From contig JAGGXW010000063.1 in NCBI GenBank assembly GCA_021162815.1, forward strand, positions 1-41,070: a DNA stretch of 41,070 bases, written 5' to 3'. Of this stretch, positions 1 through 9,481 are shown in pieces; within the stretch, counting starts at the first letter, position 1, and every line of letters begins with the position of its first letter. The stretch comes from Thermoplasmata archaeon. Lineage in GTDB: Archaea; Thermoplasmatota; E2; UBA202; JdFR-43. Position numbers and translations under genes: made by a program. The notes under the pieces are model-generated. The model did not search any database and was not told the origin of the DNA. It saw only the letters and a program-made list of their open reading frames with translations.

Positions 1-217
1 GCATATTCATAGGGAGGAATGGAATATGGCCTTCCCCTATTGCTTTTTCTGTTGAATGGATTGCCCAATTTTCTGGATTTTGACTGAATAAAAATAGTAA
101 AGTTTTTTTATATTCCACATTTTATATTTTCTGTCGTATCTTTGCCAGTATCTCATTCCCATCCCCTATATCCCCATGGGGATGGGAATTTAAATTTCAT
201 CATTTTTTCGACAAACC
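1..217 (-). pseudogene. Degenerate 5' part of an IS5-like transposase gene / IS remnant; the element body continues left of the window
   Basis: Roughly 80 percent nucleotide similarity by eye between 71-160 and 10881-10965 of the complete IS in this window. Minus-strand translation gives MRYWQRYDRKYKMWNIKKLYYF. After a 1-nt frame change in a T-run it gives IQSKSRKLGN...GRPYSIPPYEYA. Both match MIYWQRYDARYKLCNVKNLYYFIQSKARKLGRPSAPNPYEYT of the 10256..10963 transposase. The terminal inverted repeat expected after about 217 is missing. Confidence 0.55.
155..189. repeat. Perfect 12-bp inverted repeat (potential hairpin) with an 11-nt spacer, inside an insertion relative to the intact IS copy
   Basis: ATTCCCATCCCC (155-166) and GGGGATGGGAAT (178-189) are exact reverse complements; the spacer is TATATCCCCAT. 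The whole roughly 43-nt block is absent from the homologous position (about 10958-10962) of the complete IS copy. Confidence 0.7.
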
Positions 218-233
218 AATAAAAAACAAAATG

Positions 234-243
234 TTTATATAAA
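234..243 (+). promoter_or_regulatory. Candidate TATA box for the surface-protein gene (implies a leader of about 60 nt)
   Basis: TTTATATAAA resembles the archaeal TATA consensus. The downstream SD-like AAGGGGGA (315-322) precedes ATG 328. Confidence 0.3.
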
Positions 244-327
244 GGGAGAGGAATTCTATTCTTGTAAAAAAGGAAAAGGTTAAAAAATGATAAGCATTTT
301 AGAAGGCAAACCTAAAGGGGGAATAAA

Positions 328-3300
328 ATGTATGGAGAAAAATTAATTAGGAAAATCGGGAGTTTGGTAGTAGTAGCAATATTGATAACGAGCGCATTTG
401 CAGTATTGCAGAACGGAAGAATCGCAGGAGCATCAGAGGGCCCATCTGAAAATACAACGGTGCCCATAATAACGGAAATAATGTATAATCCAGCATCTGG
501 AAATCCAGAGTGGATAGAGCTTTACAACCCTATGAATGAGGCAATGAACACCACGGGATGGTATATTAAAGATGCATCTGATACTGTTTTTGGCAATCTG
601 CCATCTTCAATACCGCCTCACACTTATATTTGTGTAAATCACTCAGAGGGATTGTTAAATGATGGTGGAGATACAATTAATCTGTATAATAGTACAGATG
701 CTATTGTAGCAACTGTTACATATTCCAACGTTGCTGCTGAAGGAAAGACCGTAGCACTCAACGAAACAGGTGCATGGGTGGAAGCAGAGCCAACATGCGG
801 AGCAGTAAACAGTGTGATGAATCCGCCTGTTACCACATGTGATGTTTCTGGAGAAAATATTGTGGATGATATGTATGTGAATGTTACAATCACCCTGAAT
901 GCAACAGATGAAACATCAGAGGGGTTGAGAACTTACTATAAGATTGACGATGGCAGCTGGAATGAATACAATGGTAGCTTTACTGTAACATCTGTTGGAG
1001 AGCATAAGGTATGCTTCTATTCAGTTGATTTCTGGGGTGCAACAGAAGAAACAAAGAATGTTACATTTGAGATAGCCAATCTCTCAAAACTTACAGTAAC
1101 TCCAACAGAAGCAAACTGGGATGAAGTTAAGGATATCACCGTCAATAATGCTGAGGGAAATATTGCATTATATGATCCAGATGGAACTCTGAGAGAGGGT
1201 CCATCACCACCACCATATACTGTATGGACAGGGGTGAGATTTGATAAGAGTGGAAACTGGTGGGTTGTTGATGGTGTGGGAAATGCAAAGGCGATAAAAG
1301 TTAAGCCTGTTAGCCTTGAGGTAAATGTTACAACACCTGATATGGATTTCCTCAAGAATGGTCAGAGTGGTTCTGTTATAGATATAACGGGTACAGTTAA
1401 AATGAACGGAGCAGCAGCTACAACAGCAACAGTAAAGATACATTATCCTGATGGTTCAACAGCCACGACAACAGTGCAGAACGACTCAACATTTAAATTC
1501 AGAACCGTATATATTGGCTTGAAAGGTGCAGGAGTTTATAACATAACAGCATACATAGGTAATGAGGCCAGGCCTGATGCATTTGGATATGATACTTTCA
1601 CAGTAAATGTTGTGGAACCAAATATAACAAAAGTTAAGGTGGATGCTGTTGGAGGATTCCCAAATGGAATGGCAGTTTTTGAAGTTACTTATCCAGAGGA
1701 TGAAGCAGCATTGCTTGTAGCAAACGCTTTCTATCCGAATGTAAAGTATAATGTTTCAGTATACAAGGGAGATGAATTGTATGCATGGAAGAATACTTCT
1801 GATGGAAATGCTGGCGGAAACATAACATTTAATGTAGAGAACAAGTTCCTCAATCTCACATCTGGCATGTGGGAAACCGGAGATTATACATTGAAAGTTA
1901 GTGTGGATGTGAATGGTGACAATCACTGGGATTATGTTGGAAGTGAAGATTATACTGTGAATGCAGCACCTCCTGTAAATGTAAATATTCTGAAACCAGC
2001 AAATGGAGTGCTGAATGTGCTTGCTCCAGCCCAGAACGCTCAGGTAATCCAGATACAGATATATGGCAAGGACATGAATACATATGGTAATTCAACAAAT
2101 CTGAATATTGGACCAAATAAGGAAAATGTTACAGAGAGAATAAAGGTTGAAGGGGATGTGATATATTCTCCACCTAAGGATGCGTATGAAGAAGTTGGAA
2201 ACGGAATATGGAACATAACAGTATTTCCAGCTCATGGAAATGGAAAGATTTATGTGAACATTACCTGGCCAGGTGAGGAGACAGTAACCAAGGAAATAAA
2301 CGTTGAGGATGGATTATATGCAAGTGTTAATCCAAGCAGCGTGATAGTGGATGAAACCAATGACATAAGCGTTATGGTGAAAGATGCAACTCAGGAATAC
2401 GGAATATACGGAGCAAATGTTACACTGAGATATGAAACAGGCCTTTATGGATTCGGAGATAAGATTGTTGCAGGAGATACACAGGCAAGTGGAGAGTGCC
2501 AGTTCAAGAACGTGACATCAACGAAAGCAGATGTTAATATACTTGTAATTGTGAATTTCTCGGCACAGAACAAATATGCATATGCAATCATAAAATCACA
2601 GCCAGCCCATGATTTGAATGTTGCAGTGTCTCCTTCCCAAGTAATGGCTGGAGAGAAAACACAGTTCAGGGTGAATATCACAAGAAACAATGAAAGCTAT
2701 GATGCAACCTTCCTTGTCTATATACTCAATGAAACACAGCTCTCACAGCTTCATGATGGAAAACTTGATCTATCAGCACTCACACCATATCCAATTCATA
2801 GAGTAAGCAAGGGTAATTATACCACCACAGACCATATCAATGAAGCAGGAACATATTATGTATATATCAAAACGGATGATAGCAAGCATGATAACATAAA
2901 TAATGAGCCAAGCTTTACAGTTTCCAAGGTATCTGTTTCAGCAGAACCTTCAATGCTTGTAAAAGATGTGGATACAAATAAGACTGTGGTGTTCACAGTT
3001 ACATGGAATGGACAGTCCGTCAATGGAACACTTCGCATACATGGAATAAAAGAAATACATAGTTTTGATGCATTCGTTGAAAATGAGAGTTATGATGTGG
3101 AAGTGGTAAATGGAACAGCAAACATAACAGGTGTGGATGCAATAGCAGTAGGAAACATAACGTTTGAATTCCTGCCAGCAAAGATGGGTAGTGAATATGC
3201 TGCCGCTGATGGCATGCTTAAAGTTGTCGCACCTGCGATAGAGATATTACAGCCGGCAAATAAAGTAGCATTTATGGCAGAAGAGAACCTCATAGTCCTG

Positions 3301-3831
3301 CAGGTTAAACATCCTCTTACAGGAAATGGATGTGCAGGAATGGAAGTGGAGATAGAGACACCAACAAGCAACGGAAGGATACCTGTTGGCACAACAGATG
3401 ACAATGGAAAGATAATGATAGGAATAATGCCTCTACAGACAGGTGTGATAAAGATTTATGTGAACGGTGAACTTACTGGTGAAATAAACATTTACATTGG
3501 ACTGAGAATAAACATGAATGACCAGATAACCAAGGACAAGGAAGCCCTGATAAAGGTTACAACAATAGCTGGAAGACCAATTGAGGGAGCAACAGTAAAG
3601 GTAAATGGAAATGTGGTTGGAACAACTGATTCAAATGGGGCTGTATCTTACAAGCCGGCAGATACAGGTACAATAACAGTTACGGCAGAGAAGGATGGAT
3701 ATTACAAGGCAACAAAGACGGTGGTTGTTGTTAAGGGTGCATCATCATCCAGTACACCAGGATTTGAATTGATAGGAATGGCAGTGGCATTGCTGACAGC
3801 GATAGTGATTGCAGCAAGAAGGAGAAAGTAA
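328..3831 (+). CDS. Large cell-surface (S-layer-like) glycoprotein: signal peptide, lamin-tail-like domain, Ig-like repeats, PGF-CTERM archaeosortase sorting signal
   Basis: 1167-aa ORF. N-terminal hydrophobic signal (IGSLVVVAILITSAFAVL). LTD-like segment (ITEIMYNPASGNPEWIELYNP...GWYIKD...GGDTINLYN). Long beta-rich Ig-like repeat region including the Y-x-IDDGSW-x-Y...G-x-H-x-V-x-FYSVD motif. CarboxypepD_reg-like module (ATVKVNGNVVGTTDSNGAVSYKP...AEKDGYY). Ser-rich linker and C-terminal SSSSTPGFELIGMAVALLTAIVIAARRRK. About 35 N-x-S/T sequons by hand count. Confidence 0.85.
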   Translation: MYGEKLIRKIGSLVVVAILITSAFAVLQNGRIAGASEGPSENTTVPIITEIMYNPASGNPEWIELYNPMNEAMNTTGWYIKDASDTVFGNLPSSIPPHTYICVNHSEGLLNDGGDTINLYNSTDAIVATVTYSNVAAEGKTVALNETGAWVEAEPTCGAVNSVMNPPVTTCDVSGENIVDDMYVNVTITLNATDETSEGLRTYYKIDDGSWNEYNGSFTVTSVGEHKVCFYSVDFWGATEETKNVTFEIANLSKLTVTPTEANWDEVKDITVNNAEGNIALYDPDGTLREGPSPPPYTVWTGVRFDKSGNWWVVDGVGNAKAIKVKPVSLEVNVTTPDMDFLKNGQSGSVIDITGTVKMNGAAATTATVKIHYPDGSTATTTVQNDSTFKFRTVYIGLKGAGVYNITAYIGNEARPDAFGYDTFTVNVVEPNITKVKVDAVGGFPNGMAVFEVTYPEDEAALLVANAFYPNVKYNVSVYKGDELYAWKNTSDGNAGGNITFNVENKFLNLTSGMWETGDYTLKVSVDVNGDNHWDYVGSEDYTVNAAPPVNVNILKPANGVLNVLAPAQNAQVIQIQIYGKDMNTYGNSTNLNIGPNKENVTERIKVEGDVIYSPPKDAYEEVGNGIWNITVFPAHGNGKIYVNITWPGEETVTKEINVEDGLYASVNPSSVIVDETNDISVMVKDATQEYGIYGANVTLRYETGLYGFGDKIVAGDTQASGECQFKNVTSTKADVNILVIVNFSAQNKYAYAIIKSQPAHDLNVAVSPSQVMAGEKTQFRVNITRNNESYDATFLVYILNETQLSQLHDGKLDLSALTPYPIHRVSKGNYTTTDHINEAGTYYVYIKTDDSKHDNINNEPSFTVSKVSVSAEPSMLVKDVDTNKTVVFTVTWNGQSVNGTLRIHGIKEIHSFDAFVENESYDVEVVNGTANITGVDAIAVGNITFEFLPAKMGSEYAAADGMLKVVAPAIEILQPANKVAFMAEENLIVLQVKHPLTGNGCAGMEVEIETPTSNGRIPVGTTDDNGKIMIGIMPLQTGVIKIYVNGELTGEINIYIGLRINMNDQITKDKEALIKVTTIAGRPIEGATVKVNGNVVGTTDSNGAVSYKPADTGTITVTAEKDGYYKATKTVVVVKGASSSSTPGFELIGMAVALLTAIVIAARRRK

Positions 3832-3840
3832 AAACCTCCC

Positions 3841-3884
3841 TTTCCCCTTTTATAATATCTTTTAATTTTGTTTTATTTTCTTTT
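3841..3884 (+). terminator. Oligo-T rich putative archaeal transcription terminator
   Basis: Successive T-runs (TTTCCCCTTTTATAATATCTTTTAATTTTGTTTTATTTTCTTTT) immediately after the stop codon at 3829-3831. Confidence 0.35.
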
Positions 3885-3959
3885 GGGCCTGCTTTATCAG
3901 ATGGTTAAGAAAAAATAAAATATTTGATTAAATATGCAAGTTGAGGAGGATTGATAAAA

Positions 3960-5000
3960 ATGTTCAAACTTAATACAGTTCTGCATCATGGAAGAGGTTG
4001 TTTGGATGAATTGAAAGAACTTGAGGGGAATAAAGCAGTTATTTTTGCATCAAATTCAATGAGAAAGTATGGTTTTGTTGATGAGGTGTTATCTAATTTA
4101 AGTATGGAAAGCGTGGTTATAGATGGCGTAAAGGCGGAGCCAGAGGCAGAGGAAATTACAAAATATGTAAATATTCTTCATGAGGAGAGACCAGATATTA
4201 TTGTTTCTATAGGGGGAGGAAGTGTTATAGATACATCAAAGGCAGCATTATATGATTACAAAAATGCCACTTTGATAGCCATACCATCCACAAGCGGAAG
4301 CGGAAGCGAGGTGACGGCGGCATCTGTGATTAAGGAGAATGGGATGAAAAAAAGCATCGTTGCTCCATATTTACAGCCATCTCATGCCTTTCTTGATCCA
4401 AGGCTGCCCGAGAAAATGCCATCTCAACTTGCTGCCAATACAGGAATGGATGCACTGAGTCATGCTCTGGAAGCACTGGTATCTCCTCTTTCATCTCCGT
4501 TCTCAGATTCTTTTGCCATGAGGGCTGCAAAGATAATATTTGAAAATATAGAGAAATCTGTTAATGGAAATGAGGAAGCAAGAGAAAAAATGCATTACGC
4601 TTCATGTATGGCAGGTATTGCAATACTAAATGCGAGAGTTGGTTTGTGTCATGTGCTGTCCCACAAAGCAGCGATATTCAATCTCCCTCATGGCTATTTA
4701 AATGCAGTTTTTCTTGAGCATGTTGTTGAGTTTAATAGAAGAAATGAGGAAGCAAGAAATAAATACAGAATGCTGGAGAAGGAAATGAATATAGATTTAG
4801 TAGATGAAATAAGGAGGATTAAAAAGGAAATAAAAATCATTCCTCTAAAAAATATTGTGAATGAAAAAGATTTCATGAATAAACTCGATATCATTTCATC
4901 TGAAGCCTCTGTGGACAATCTCATGAAGTTCAATCCTGTTTCTGCTGATGTGCAGGAAATTCGCAAGTTATATATGAGGGCATATGAGGATGCATATTAA
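3960..5000 (+). CDS. Iron-containing (group III) alcohol dehydrogenase family protein
   Basis: Motifs GGGSVIDTSKAA, IAIPSTSGSGSEVT, NTGMDALSHALEALVS and CHVLSHK...LPHG are typical of Fe-ADHs. The ORF track starts at TTG 3951, which directly abuts the SD GAGGAGGA (3943-3950), so ATG 3960 is preferred. Confidence 0.8.
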   Translation: MFKLNTVLHHGRGCLDELKELEGNKAVIFASNSMRKYGFVDEVLSNLSMESVVIDGVKAEPEAEEITKYVNILHEERPDIIVSIGGGSVIDTSKAALYDYKNATLIAIPSTSGSGSEVTAASVIKENGMKKSIVAPYLQPSHAFLDPRLPEKMPSQLAANTGMDALSHALEALVSPLSSPFSDSFAMRAAKIIFENIEKSVNGNEEAREKMHYASCMAGIAILNARVGLCHVLSHKAAIFNLPHGYLNAVFLEHVVEFNRRNEEARNKYRMLEKEMNIDLVDEIRRIKKEIKIIPLKNIVNEKDFMNKLDIISSEASVDNLMKFNPVSADVQEIRKLYMRAYEDAY

Positions 5001-5017
5001 CCAATAAATACTGGAAC

Positions 5018-5875
5018 ATGATTCATTATAAAATGCATGATGAATCTCTTATAAAGGAATTAAAAAGAAAAGCTCTTGAGATAAGAAAGTGGGTGGTAGA
5101 ATCTGTTTACAGAGCTGGCTCTGGCCACCCTGGAGGAAGTTTATCAATTGCTGATATACTTGCATGCCTTTATTTTCACGAAATGAGGCACAATCCTAAG
5201 GACCCAAAATGGCCTGATAGAGATAGGCTTGTGCTTTCAAAAGGACATGCCGCTCCAGCTTTATATGCTGCCCTTGCGTTATCTGGTTATTTTCCCGTTG
5301 AGGAATTAAAGAATTTAAGAAAGATAGGACATTTCCTTCAGGGCCATCCCTGCATGAAGAAAGTACCAGGAGTGGATATGTCAACCGGCTCCCTTGGTCA
5401 GGGATTGAGTGCGGGAGTTGGAATGGCTCTTGCAGCAAAAATAGATGGTAGAGATTACCGTGTTTTTGTAATTCTTGGGGATGGAGAAATACAGGAAGGG
5501 CAGATATGGGAGGCAGCAAATTCGGCATCTCATCTAGGACTGGATAATCTCATTGCCATACTCGATAGAAATAGGTTGCAGATAGATGGACCAACTGAGG
5601 AGATAATGCATGATGAGCCTCTTTCATTGAGATGGAAAGCATTTGGATGGGAGGTTGTTGAAATCGATGGGCATGACATTGAGGAAATACTGGCTACATT
5701 TCATGAAATAAAGCATAATGAAAAACCCACTCTTATCATAGCGCATACCATAAAGGGTAAAGGGGTTTCTTTCATGGAAGGAACACTTTCATTTCATGGA
5801 AAACCTCCCAGCAAAGAGCAATATCTCAGGGCAATGAATGAACTTGAACAGGAGGAGCGTGAGTTAAATGGTTAG
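5018..5875 (+). CDS. Transketolase, N-terminal (TPP-binding) subunit
   Basis: SGHPGGSLSIADILACLYF, LSKGHAAPALYAAL and ILGDGEIQEGQIWEA motifs. Length and split organisation are typical of archaeal split transketolase. Confidence 0.9.
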   Translation: MIHYKMHDESLIKELKRKALEIRKWVVESVYRAGSGHPGGSLSIADILACLYFHEMRHNPKDPKWPDRDRLVLSKGHAAPALYAALALSGYFPVEELKNLRKIGHFLQGHPCMKKVPGVDMSTGSLGQGLSAGVGMALAAKIDGRDYRVFVILGDGEIQEGQIWEAANSASHLGLDNLIAILDRNRLQIDGPTEEIMHDEPLSLRWKAFGWEVVEIDGHDIEEILATFHEIKHNEKPTLIIAHTIKGKGVSFMEGTLSFHGKPPSKEQYLRAMNELEQEERELNG

Positions 5876-6827
5876 AGCAAGAGTCACTGAAAAGATGAGA
5901 AACCTGAGAGATGCATACAGCTCGGCATTGATAGAACTTGGTTACAAAAATGAAAATATCGTTGTCCTTGATGCTGATCTCGCTCTTTCCACAAAGACCA
6001 AGAGATTTGGAACCGTCTTTCCAAACAGATTCTTTGACATGGGTATATCCGAGGCGAATATGATGGGTGTAGCCGCTGGCCTGGCGACATGTGGCAAGAT
6101 TGTATTTGCATCCACCTTTGCAGTTTTTGCTACTGGTAGAAGTTACGACCAGATAAGGCAATCAATAGCATATCCTGAACTGAATGTGAAAATAGTTGCC
6201 ACTCATGCAGGCATTTCTGTAGGGGGAGATGGAGCGAGCCATCAAATGCTTGAAGATATGGCTTTGATGAGGGTTCTTCCAAATATGAGAGTTATTGCCC
6301 CTGCTGATGCCACTGAAATGGAGGATGTGGTACCGGCAATAGCATCTGTTGAAGGGCCTTTCTATGTGAGAATAGGAAGGGCCGATGCGCCCATAATATT
6401 TGATAAACATGGGCATTTTAGAATTGGTAAAGGATATGTACTCAGGAGAGGAAATGATGTCACAATAATTGCCACTGGGACCATGACCGCTGAAGCATTA
6501 AAGGCCTATGAAATACTGGTGAAAAAAGGAATAGAGGCAAGAGTCATTCACATGCCCACTGTAAAGCCTGTTGATGAAAAATTGATAAGAAGAGCGGCAA
6601 GAGAAACATCATTTATAGTGACTGCAGAAGAACACAACATTATTGGCGGCCTGGGAGATGCGGTTTCAATGGCAATGCACGATGATCCCGTTCCATTATT
6701 GAGGATAGGAGTCAATGATGTATTTGGGGAAAGTGGAGAGGCCAGAGAGTTAATGGAAAAATATGGATTAACCGCAGAGAATATTGCAAAACAGGTGAAA
6801 AGACTGCACAGGAAATACAATCAATAA
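5868..6827 (+). CDS. Transketolase, C-terminal (pyrimidine-binding) subunit
   Basis: FDMGISEANMMGVAAGLA, GASHQMLEDMALMRVLPNM and a C-terminal transketolase-C-like region. 8-nt overlap with the N-terminal subunit gene. Confidence 0.9.
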   Translation: MVRARVTEKMRNLRDAYSSALIELGYKNENIVVLDADLALSTKTKRFGTVFPNRFFDMGISEANMMGVAAGLATCGKIVFASTFAVFATGRSYDQIRQSIAYPELNVKIVATHAGISVGGDGASHQMLEDMALMRVLPNMRVIAPADATEMEDVVPAIASVEGPFYVRIGRADAPIIFDKHGHFRIGKGYVLRRGNDVTIIATGTMTAEALKAYEILVKKGIEARVIHMPTVKPVDEKLIRRAARETSFIVTAEEHNIIGGLGDAVSMAMHDDPVPLLRIGVNDVFGESGEARELMEKYGLTAENIAKQVKRLHRKYNQ

Positions 6828-6857
6828 CTATTTATTCCCTGTATTTTTTCATGAATT

Positions 6858-7724
6858 ATGAAGATATTTATAGATACGGCTGATATTGATGAGATAGAAG
6901 AAGCCTATTCATGGGGAATTCTCGATGGAATAACCACCAATCCCTCTTTGATAAAAAAAGCAGTGGAAAAGTTAAAGAATAAAGGAAAGAAAGTGGATAT
7001 GGAAGAATACATCAAAAAAATATGCAGTATAGTTGAGGGCCCAGTTAGTCTTGAAGTGAGAGGAATAAAAGCAGAAGAGATGGTGAGAGAGGGTAACATC
7101 CTTTACGAAAAATTCAATGATATTAACGATAATATTGTGATTAAGATACCGGTAAATACTGCCTTTAATGAAAATGATGAGCAATTTGAGGGAATAAAGG
7201 CAATAAAAGAGTTAGAGGAAACAGGAATTCCGACAAATGCTACCCTCATAATGGCGCCTGAGCAGGCCTTACTTGCCGCCAAGGCAGGAGCGAGTTATGT
7301 AAGTCCATTTCTCGGAAGAGTAGATGATTATATAAGAAGTGTTAAAGGAATAGAATATTCTAAAATGGACTATTGGGACTTTGATGCATCAATTCTCATG
7401 GAAAATAAGGAAAGGGAGAAAAAAGCAGAGAATGGTTATAAAGTTGTTTCATCTGTTTCATACAGTGATAATGGAATTTACAGCGGTGTACATCTTGTGG
7501 AGAGTATAATAAGAATTTTTGATTCTTATTCCTATGATACTGAGATAATAGCAGCCAGCGTAAGAAATGCAAGACAGGTGAGACTGGTGGCAGAGATGGG
7601 GGTTGATATAGCAACCATACCATTTACTGTCATAAAGGAGATGGTATCCCATTACAAAACCATGGAGGGTATGAAGAAATTTACACAGGATGTGGTTGAA
7701 GAATACAGTAAATTATTTGAATAA
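6858..7724 (+). CDS. tal: Transaldolase / fructose-6-phosphate aldolase family protein (class 3b), with an unusual internal insertion
   Basis: MKIFIDTADIDEIEEA...GITTNPSL, the Schiff-base lysine context IVIKIPV, TNATLIM...QALLAAKAGASYVSPFLGRVDD and IIAASVRN all match the short Tal/FSA family. At 288 aa it is about 65 aa longer than the usual roughly 220 aa. Confidence 0.85.
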   Translation: MKIFIDTADIDEIEEAYSWGILDGITTNPSLIKKAVEKLKNKGKKVDMEEYIKKICSIVEGPVSLEVRGIKAEEMVREGNILYEKFNDINDNIVIKIPVNTAFNENDEQFEGIKAIKELEETGIPTNATLIMAPEQALLAAKAGASYVSPFLGRVDDYIRSVKGIEYSKMDYWDFDASILMENKEREKKAENGYKVVSSVSYSDNGIYSGVHLVESIIRIFDSYSYDTEIIAASVRNARQVRLVAEMGVDIATIPFTVIKEMVSHYKTMEGMKKFTQDVVEEYSKLFE

Positions 7725-7726
7725 AG

Positions 7727-9481
7727 ATGGCAGAAATAAATGCTGAAGGGCTTGGTCAAAAAACCAAATATATTTTTTCCTCTCCCCCCACAGTTATAAG
7801 TGTTATTTTCATATTTTTATTTTCTTCGATAATCGGGATGCTGTTTACTGAAAAAATTTATGAAGGGATATTATTTGGTGTTATTTCTATTGCCATTCCT
7901 ATTTACATTTCTATTATTTTTGTATATTTAATCAAAAAGTGTATGAATATCCGATATAGGATGAAGACAGAGATTTTTCTTTCCTCTTTTTTAATTTTTC
8001 TATCCCTAATCTTATTTATTGCCATATCGGTTTTTAATTGGTTTGTAAAGCTAAATATTGAAGAAGCTCTTTTATTCTCTCTTGCCTCTCCTATCTGGCT
8101 CAGACATGTATATCTATCCTCTATAATTGAAACAGATGAAAAAAAATCCATTTTTTTAACTATTCCTTACTTTCTCCTACTGTTGATATTCCTTGGTATT
8201 GTGATGAACATGCCCATTAAAAACTTTATACTGTTTTCAATTTTTATCGCAGTATCTTTGACATCCTCTCATATATTTTTGAAAGCTGTAGATGAACCCA
8301 TGCACCGCCTTTTTGGCATTGGTGGCCTTGAGTTTACAAGATGGATGATAGAGCATTATAAGGAGGGAACAGAGTATGGAAAAAGGAGGTTAGAGGAGTT
8401 ATTCGATCATCTTGGAGAAATGATGAGGGTTGAAGGTAAAACCATAAGTTTCTGGAAGAAAAACGGAGAACTTTATGGAGTAATGAACGTAAATACTGCT
8501 CATCCTGGCCCAATAGGGGAAGTGGGCGGCGGAAATATGCCGCAAAAAATATCCAGATTTATTGGTTGCAATAATTTTATCATGCCACATGGTGCATCTA
8601 TACATGACCTAAATCCAGTAACAACAAATGAAGTAAAAAAGTTAGCAGATAAAATTGCATCTTCGTTGAATGGGGAAAACGTTAGAGTTAGCAAATCAAT
8701 AAAAGTAGAGGGAGATGTTGAAGTACTTGCTCAGAGATTTGGAGATTATTTACTCATTGCAGAAACATCATCAAAATATGGTGCAGAAGATATCGATCCG
8801 TCTGTAGCATTTCTGCTTGAGGAGAAAATTAAAAATGAGGGATATGGAGGTCTTATTTTTATAGATTCTCACAATAATCTACCAGATAAAAGAGATGAGA
8901 CATTAATATATTCTCTCAAATATCAGTCAATAGAAGATAGCGTACTCAAAGCTGCATCCTTATTAAAGCAGGCTTCTCTTTTTACTCCATCAGTAGGAAT
9001 AGGGAAATATAAGGACATTGGGATAGATGAGGGCGTAGGCCCTATGGGGATAATCTCGCTTGTTATTGATGTGGGTAATCAAAAAACAGCCTATACTGTC
9101 ATAGATGGAAATAATATGGTTAAGGGAGTTAGAAATAAAATAATTGAGAAACTAAGTGAATTTGTGGATAATGTGGAAGTGATGACCACTGATAATCACT
9201 ATGTAAACAGAACATATGGAGGAAGCAATCCACTTGGTAAAAAAGGAGATAACAACCTTATTGAAGGATGCATAGAAAGTGTGAGAAATGCAATAGGGGA
9301 TATGCAGGAATGTGATATAAAATTAAGCAGGTTTTTAACCGAAATAAAGGTGATGGGGGCAGGAAAGCCAACCCAGTTGTTATCTGTTTCAGAGCCCCAT
9401 TTTCATAACCTTAGAGGCATTGCCTTTTTATCAATTCTATCCATGGTCTCCTTAGACGTTATACTCTCTCTATTCCTGTAA
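7727..9481 (+). CDS. Polytopic membrane protein with a large C-terminal soluble domain (possibly DUF2070 family)
   Basis: 584-aa ORF. The N-terminal 200 aa or so consist of several hydrophobic helices, followed by a roughly 350-aa soluble region and a final hydrophobic helix. The family assignment is from memory of archaeal proteins of this size and topology, not from a search. Confidence 0.6.
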   Translation: MAEINAEGLGQKTKYIFSSPPTVISVIFIFLFSSIIGMLFTEKIYEGILFGVISIAIPIYISIIFVYLIKKCMNIRYRMKTEIFLSSFLIFLSLILFIAISVFNWFVKLNIEEALLFSLASPIWLRHVYLSSIIETDEKKSIFLTIPYFLLLLIFLGIVMNMPIKNFILFSIFIAVSLTSSHIFLKAVDEPMHRLFGIGGLEFTRWMIEHYKEGTEYGKRRLEELFDHLGEMMRVEGKTISFWKKNGELYGVMNVNTAHPGPIGEVGGGNMPQKISRFIGCNNFIMPHGASIHDLNPVTTNEVKKLADKIASSLNGENVRVSKSIKVEGDVEVLAQRFGDYLLIAETSSKYGAEDIDPSVAFLLEEKIKNEGYGGLIFIDSHNNLPDKRDETLIYSLKYQSIEDSVLKAASLLKQASLFTPSVGIGKYKDIGIDEGVGPMGIISLVIDVGNQKTAYTVIDGNNMVKGVRNKIIEKLSEFVDNVEVMTTDNHYVNRTYGGSNPLGKKGDNNLIEGCIESVRNAIGDMQECDIKLSRFLTEIKVMGAGKPTQLLSVSEPHFHNLRGIAFLSILSMVSLDVILSLFL

